Below, piece after piece: positions 59,490 to 64,000 of a stretch of 64,000 nt of DNA (the first letter of the stretch is position 1; the number at the start of each line of letters is the position of its first letter). The notes beneath the pieces are model-generated. The model was not told the DNA's origin, searched no databases, and saw nothing but the letters and a program-made list of their open reading frames with translations. The position numbers were made by a program, and so were the translations under genes. The stretch spans positions 3,777,600-3,841,599 of the forward strand of contig CAJINV010000003.1 of assembly GCA_905178155.1 (NCBI GenBank), given 5' to 3'. Source of the DNA: Amoebophrya sp. A120 (Eukaryota > Protista > Dinoflagellata).

Positions 59490-60028
59490 GCGATGCATTT
59501 CCTGACCCTCGAGCCTTTTTCGTGCTTGCAGTAGGTCAAGTAGCCATCGCAATACTATTTCGTGAGTTTTTTCTGCAGATTTTCTATGACCAGAGGTTTC
59601 ATCTGATACTTCCACGTCTGCACTGCAGATCTCACTACAACTGTGGAATTTGTTTTTTATGCGCCTCAATTTGAATTTATTTCGCGATGCATTTCCTGAC
59701 CCTCGAGCGGATTGTTTGCTTGCAGTAGGTCAAGTAGCCATCGCAATACTGTTTCGTGAGTTCTTTCTGCAGATTTTCTATGACCAGAGGTTTCATCTGA
59801 TACTTCCGCGTCTGCACTGCAGATCTCACTACAACTGTCGAATTTGTTTTTTATGCGCCTCAATTTGAATTAATTTTGCGATGCATTTCCTGACCCTCGA
59901 GCGTATTGTCTGCTTGCAGTAGGTCAAGTAGCCATCGCAATACTGTTTCGTGAGTTTTTTCTGCAGATCTTCTATGACCAGAAGTTTCATCTCATACTTC
60001 CACGTCTGCACTGTAGATCTCACTACAA
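59490..60028. repeat. Intergenic tandem repeat, 194-bp unit, ~2.8 copies
   Basis: CGATGCATTTCCTGACCCTCGAGC at 59491, 59685 and 59879. Confidence 0.92.
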
Positions 60029-60394
60029 TTTCGGAATGAACAAGATGAGGAATCAAGAATAAGATCAACAAATGGATCTTTTACACAGAAACGAGCGATC
60101 AAGGCACACTGACAGACAGCATTTTGGATCCAAATTTTACTGCAGCTCCGCCATGAAGCGATCATGAGAGCTCCGGTTTGATGACCTTGGTCTAGTCACT
60201 GCAAAGCGATTTTTTTGTACGTGTCCCAAAGGACAAATTAATTTGCTTCTGTTCTTCAGGAATCGACATCGATTAAGGAAATAGCATTCCTTGTTTTCAA
60301 CTTGGATTTTGGCACGTAGGTGTCTCGCGACAAGACTCTCAAGAATTTATTAGTTCGTTTTTTTCATTGCATCGAGTTACCAGGAAATAAGAGA

Positions 60395-61807
60395 ATGCCG
60401 GGTGAACGCCGAGCGTTGGCGACTGCGACACCAGAGAAGTCGCATTTTGTTTGCGCGGGTGTGATATCCGAGGATACCTTGTTTTACGCCGTGGAAGAAC
60501 GCCTTTTCTGCTACGACCTGTCCGCCAATTCCTTTCTCAGCGACCTGCCGCAGCCGCATACGCAAGCCGTGCGAGTAGTTTGCGAAAATAGTGTTGGTTC
60601 GGCCCAAAGCCAGGACTTTTCAGCAGACCCCCGGGACGAGGATGCACGGGCAAAGAAGCGACGTATTGAGACCACAGCTGACAGCGGGCGCACCACCAGC
60701 GTCCGGTACGCGACCGCCGGGGATGACAAAACGATTGTCCTTTGGTCGCACGATAGGAAAGAATTAGGCCGTTACCAGCACCAAAAGAAGATCACGTGCG
60801 CGACGTTCGACCCCTCTGGGCGCAAGTTGCTTTTTGCAGACAAGTTCGGTGATGTATACGAGTTGGCAGTGGAGGGAGTACTAGAGCACGGCAAGAAGCT
60901 GGAGGCGAAACTTCTGTTCGGACACCTGGCGATCGTTACGAGCATGTGCTTCCTCGAGAAGAAGCAAGTGCAAAAGACGGGGGTTGGAATTGCGGCCGGC
61001 ACTGCTGCTGCGATTAGTCCAGCGTCCACTGCGACGTCCGCTTCCGGAGCAGGGGATCCTCAGGCGAAGAGCGTGGAGATGTTGCCCAGGAAAGCGTACT
61101 ACTTGGTAACCGGAGACAACCACGAGAAGATTCGCGTGAGCAATTACCCGCAGCACTGGGACATCGAGACGTTCTGTCTGGGGCACACGGGGCACATCAC
61201 GAAACTGTTGGCCATCCCCGCTGTCACGTTGCAGAGCAAGCCGCGGTCGGAGGTGCTTGTCAGTTTGGGTGCGGACGGGAAGCTGTGTCTGTGGGACGTG
61301 GACCAGCCAGAAGGCCGGCAGCTGGTGCACTGCTCGCGCGTTCTCGATGAGCGAGGGCTGCCGGACGCGGTGCCGACCGAAGTTTGTTTCCTCCCGGACG
61401 GATATGTCAAGCCAAAGTTGCTGGTGCACGTCAACTCACAGTTTGTTGCTGCAGCCGCAAGTGGTAGCGCAGAGCCGGCGGAGCAGTCTACGGTGGTCCC
61501 TTCGGAGACAAAATCGACACTGGGTGCGGTCGCGGAGGGGAAGAGGAGTACGGATCTTGCGCTTTCGGGAGACCAGGTTTCCGTGCCGCATGCGTTGCTG
61601 CATCGCAGCAAGGTGCCCGTGGATCACTGCCTACTCGGCTGCCGTTCGGGAAGGGTGTTCTACGTCAATCAGAAGACGGGACATCTATTTGCCTCATCCG
61701 GGACGCAAGTGAAACTACAAGACCTCGGACCCGAGAACTTGGAGATTTGTGCAAAGAAGGAACGGCTTTACAAATACTTCAAAGATGATGAGAACGCGGA
61801 AGACTGA
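60395..61807 (+). CDS. TRM82: tRNA (guanine-N7)-methyltransferase non-catalytic WD40 subunit
   Basis: ADKFGDVY, LLFGHLAIVTSM, DNHEKIRVSNYP..IETFCLGH (WDR4/Trm82 signatures). Confidence 0.9.
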   Translation: MPGERRALATATPEKSHFVCAGVISEDTLFYAVEERLFCYDLSANSFLSDLPQPHTQAVRVVCENSVGSAQSQDFSADPRDEDARAKKRRIETTADSGRTTSVRYATAGDDKTIVLWSHDRKELGRYQHQKKITCATFDPSGRKLLFADKFGDVYELAVEGVLEHGKKLEAKLLFGHLAIVTSMCFLEKKQVQKTGVGIAAGTAAAISPASTATSASGAGDPQAKSVEMLPRKAYYLVTGDNHEKIRVSNYPQHWDIETFCLGHTGHITKLLAIPAVTLQSKPRSEVLVSLGADGKLCLWDVDQPEGRQLVHCSRVLDERGLPDAVPTEVCFLPDGYVKPKLLVHVNSQFVAAAASGSAEPAEQSTVVPSETKSTLGAVAEGKRSTDLALSGDQVSVPHALLHRSKVPVDHCLLGCRSGRVFYVNQKTGHLFASSGTQVKLQDLGPENLEICAKKERLYKYFKDDENAED

Positions 61808-62099
61808 GCTGCGTGCTATGATGACCATAGTCGAGGTGGTCGGCGCGTGACACTTTTTCTAGACCTCGCTCGTACAGATGTAAAAATCAGCGAAGAAGGC
61901 TTCTCGTTGTAGTTTTTATTGCCACTGTGTTTTACGAATTGCGATACTCGACGGCACTAAAATGCACGATAAATGCCTTTGTGGCAGTGCAATATCGATC
62001 CTGAGTAGTGTTCTGTGTTTGACGGTGCTATGTGCTTTTTCTACAGTCAGAGGCATTCGTGTGTGTGATCGTGACTCCGCCAGTCTAGCACCTTGGGAC

Positions 62100-63700
62100 T
62101 CTCCTGTTAGACCAAAGCCCGCCGCCGCGCCTAGCGTTCGCAGAACAGAAGGCGCCGCGAGTGCCTCCGTGGGGTGCTTGTGCGGCGCTGCCGCGCTTCG
62201 CTGCCTCCTGCCCAGTGTGGCGGCCGAAGGCGGCAGGAATCTCCGCCCGGATCTCATCGGCCGACCCGGCCAGACGGCGCGCCCGCTACATTGGGGGGCG
62301 ACGACGGTGGGCGGTGGCGCCGCCCTTTCGGCCTCGATGGATCGCTTTTGACGCGCGGAAGTTCTGCGCCTGGTTCTCTTCGCGGTTTTCTTCCGGTTCC
62401 TGCCCGGCTCCTGGTTCGCCGGGATTTCCGCAGCCGCAGCGCAGTGCGCGCTCATGCAGAACGCCGAAGCGTTGTCGATTGATTGCGGGACTCGCTCCGT
62501 GGCTTGGCTATTTTGGAACAGGGGCCCAGGCGGGGCTGTGTGTGCTCGCAAAATATGCAAAAGGGGCGGCGGGCGGCGCGACTACTTTTGCTGGCGCGCG
62601 GGGGCGAAGCCCGGGCCCGCGTGTCGTTTTTGGCCCGCCGGCTCCCCGGCCTCGGGCGGCGCGGAGCGGATCTCCGCTACTTTGCCGCCTACGCGGGCAG
62701 CGGAGACAAACAGGGTGGCGAGGGGGCCGCAGACCTCTTGAGGCGCCTCGCCGGTTCGTTGGTTGGGCCCCCAGCAAGCACGCAGGCCCGCGCGCCATCG
62801 GCGCATCATCACCGCCGGGGGGCCGACGCCGGGAAGGGCGGGGCCGACTCGTATCCGGCCTTTTCCCCGGATGGGGGGCGCTCTGCCGCGGATTCCGCGA
62901 AGCTGCGGGGCCGTTCTGGAGGGGGAGGGCCGCCGAAGCGGGGGGATGCGCCCTGTGTGCGATGGAGAAAACTTCGGCGCGGCACGGGGCGGCCGGGCCG
63001 CTGTGAGTTGGGGCCGCGACTGTCGAATGGCCTTTGGCGGGCCGCGCCGGCCCGACTTGGTTCAGCCGCGCGGCCGGGCCGGGGGCTGCACGCCGTGAAG
63101 CGCAGCACGCCGCCGGCCGCTGCCGTGGGTGGTCCGGGTGGCGCGCAGTTTTGCCCGCGGCGAAACTGCGGGCCCCACCGAGACGCCAAGTGCCGCAGTC
63201 GCCCGGCCCGCCGGCAACGAGAACGACGCGGACAATGGGGGAGGCAAAAACAACCCCGGGGCCGAAGTTCCCGCTGCCAACCAGAGGGGGGGCCTGTTGC
63301 TCCGAAAATAAGGAGCCGCCCCCCGCGCTCGCACGCAATTCGCCACGCAGGCGCGCGGCGCCGCCGCCCGCGCCCGCAGTGTGTCGCGCTGGGCTGTTGG
63401 GCCCAGGCCGCCGGCCTTTTGGCTTCGGCGGAGCTAAGGCCCGAACGCAGGCTGGCCCCTTTCGGTGCCCGCGCTGAAGGGGCGCGGCGCGAGCCCATCG
63501 GCGCGTAGAGGGGCGGGCGCGGGCGAGTGCGTGGGGCGCCGCGAATTGTTCAGCTCGCGCGCCGCAGCGGTTGCTCAGGGTACTGGCGCGGGAAAGGTGC
63601 CGGCCGGCCCGGCCGGCGGGAAGTGCGGCTCGGGCGCCGCTCTCTGCGTCGGCGGCTCTTCTATTAATTTGGTCCACGGACGCCTCGTCTCCTCGCAACG
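62100..63700. other. Very GC-rich degenerate tract, probably a decayed repeat or transposable element
   Basis: Composition resembles the interiors of the elements at 10.7-12.2 kb and 47.5-48.5 kb; overlapping Arg/Gly/Ala/Pro ORFs in all frames with no recognisable motif. Confidence 0.4.
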
Positions 63701-64000
63701 CCGCTCGTGCTTGGAACATGATCGGAACTCGGAACAGTAATGGAAATGGCCCAGCGCCGATAGCGTTTGTGCGTCGCCAGCGCGCACCGACTTTTTGTGC
63801 ATGTGGTGTTCGTGATTCATGCGTATTTATCGTGCCGACGTCGGCACTTTTTGAAAGCAGTATAATTCAACGCGCCTCGTGTTAATGGCAGCTTTTTTCC
63901 CAGCGGATCCCCAAGCCTCAGCATTGCAAACGAGAGTGCGCTGGTTCGAGAGCTCCAAAAAGCCTGCTTCGGTTCGAAGGCCCTGCGTGGGTACGCGTGT

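Noticed and set aside
62161-63885. Long overlapping ORFs (281-403 aa) on both strands
   Set aside because: Arg/Gly/Ala/Pro-rich products expected from extreme GC content; no motifs.

Overview
Eukaryotic, intron-containing, gene-dense DNA with about 16 protein-coding genes, all on the + strand. The unidirectional gene array, short introns, rapidly evolving low-complexity-rich proteins and transposon-like introns point to a syndinian dinoflagellate such as Amoebophrya (inference). Recognisable genes: NHA2/SLC9B-type Na+/H+ antiporter, ODF3/STPG-like PGPGxY-repeat protein, divergent kinesin, a large PAN/Apple-domain type I membrane protein, three related multi-pass membrane proteins, a Cid1/TUTase-family nucleotidyltransferase, AP5Z1, IFT22, alkaline ceramidase, CFAP96, CCDC130/YJU2B and WDR4/TRM82. 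The main signal is a set of terminal-inverted-repeat (TIR) elements inside coding sequence that appear to act as introns. Four ~250-270 bp copies of one family (TAT...ATA ends, 5-bp target duplications) occur in both orientations and have no GT-AG register. Two further small TIR families are present, one ending exactly on GT/AG. There is also a 1.25 kb element with a 57-bp exon duplication and a central 69-bp hairpin, a 1.27 kb element with perfect 82-bp TIRs, and a decayed non-LTR RT fragment between ~100-bp direct repeats. Gene models and alignments were done by eye; no database searches were run.
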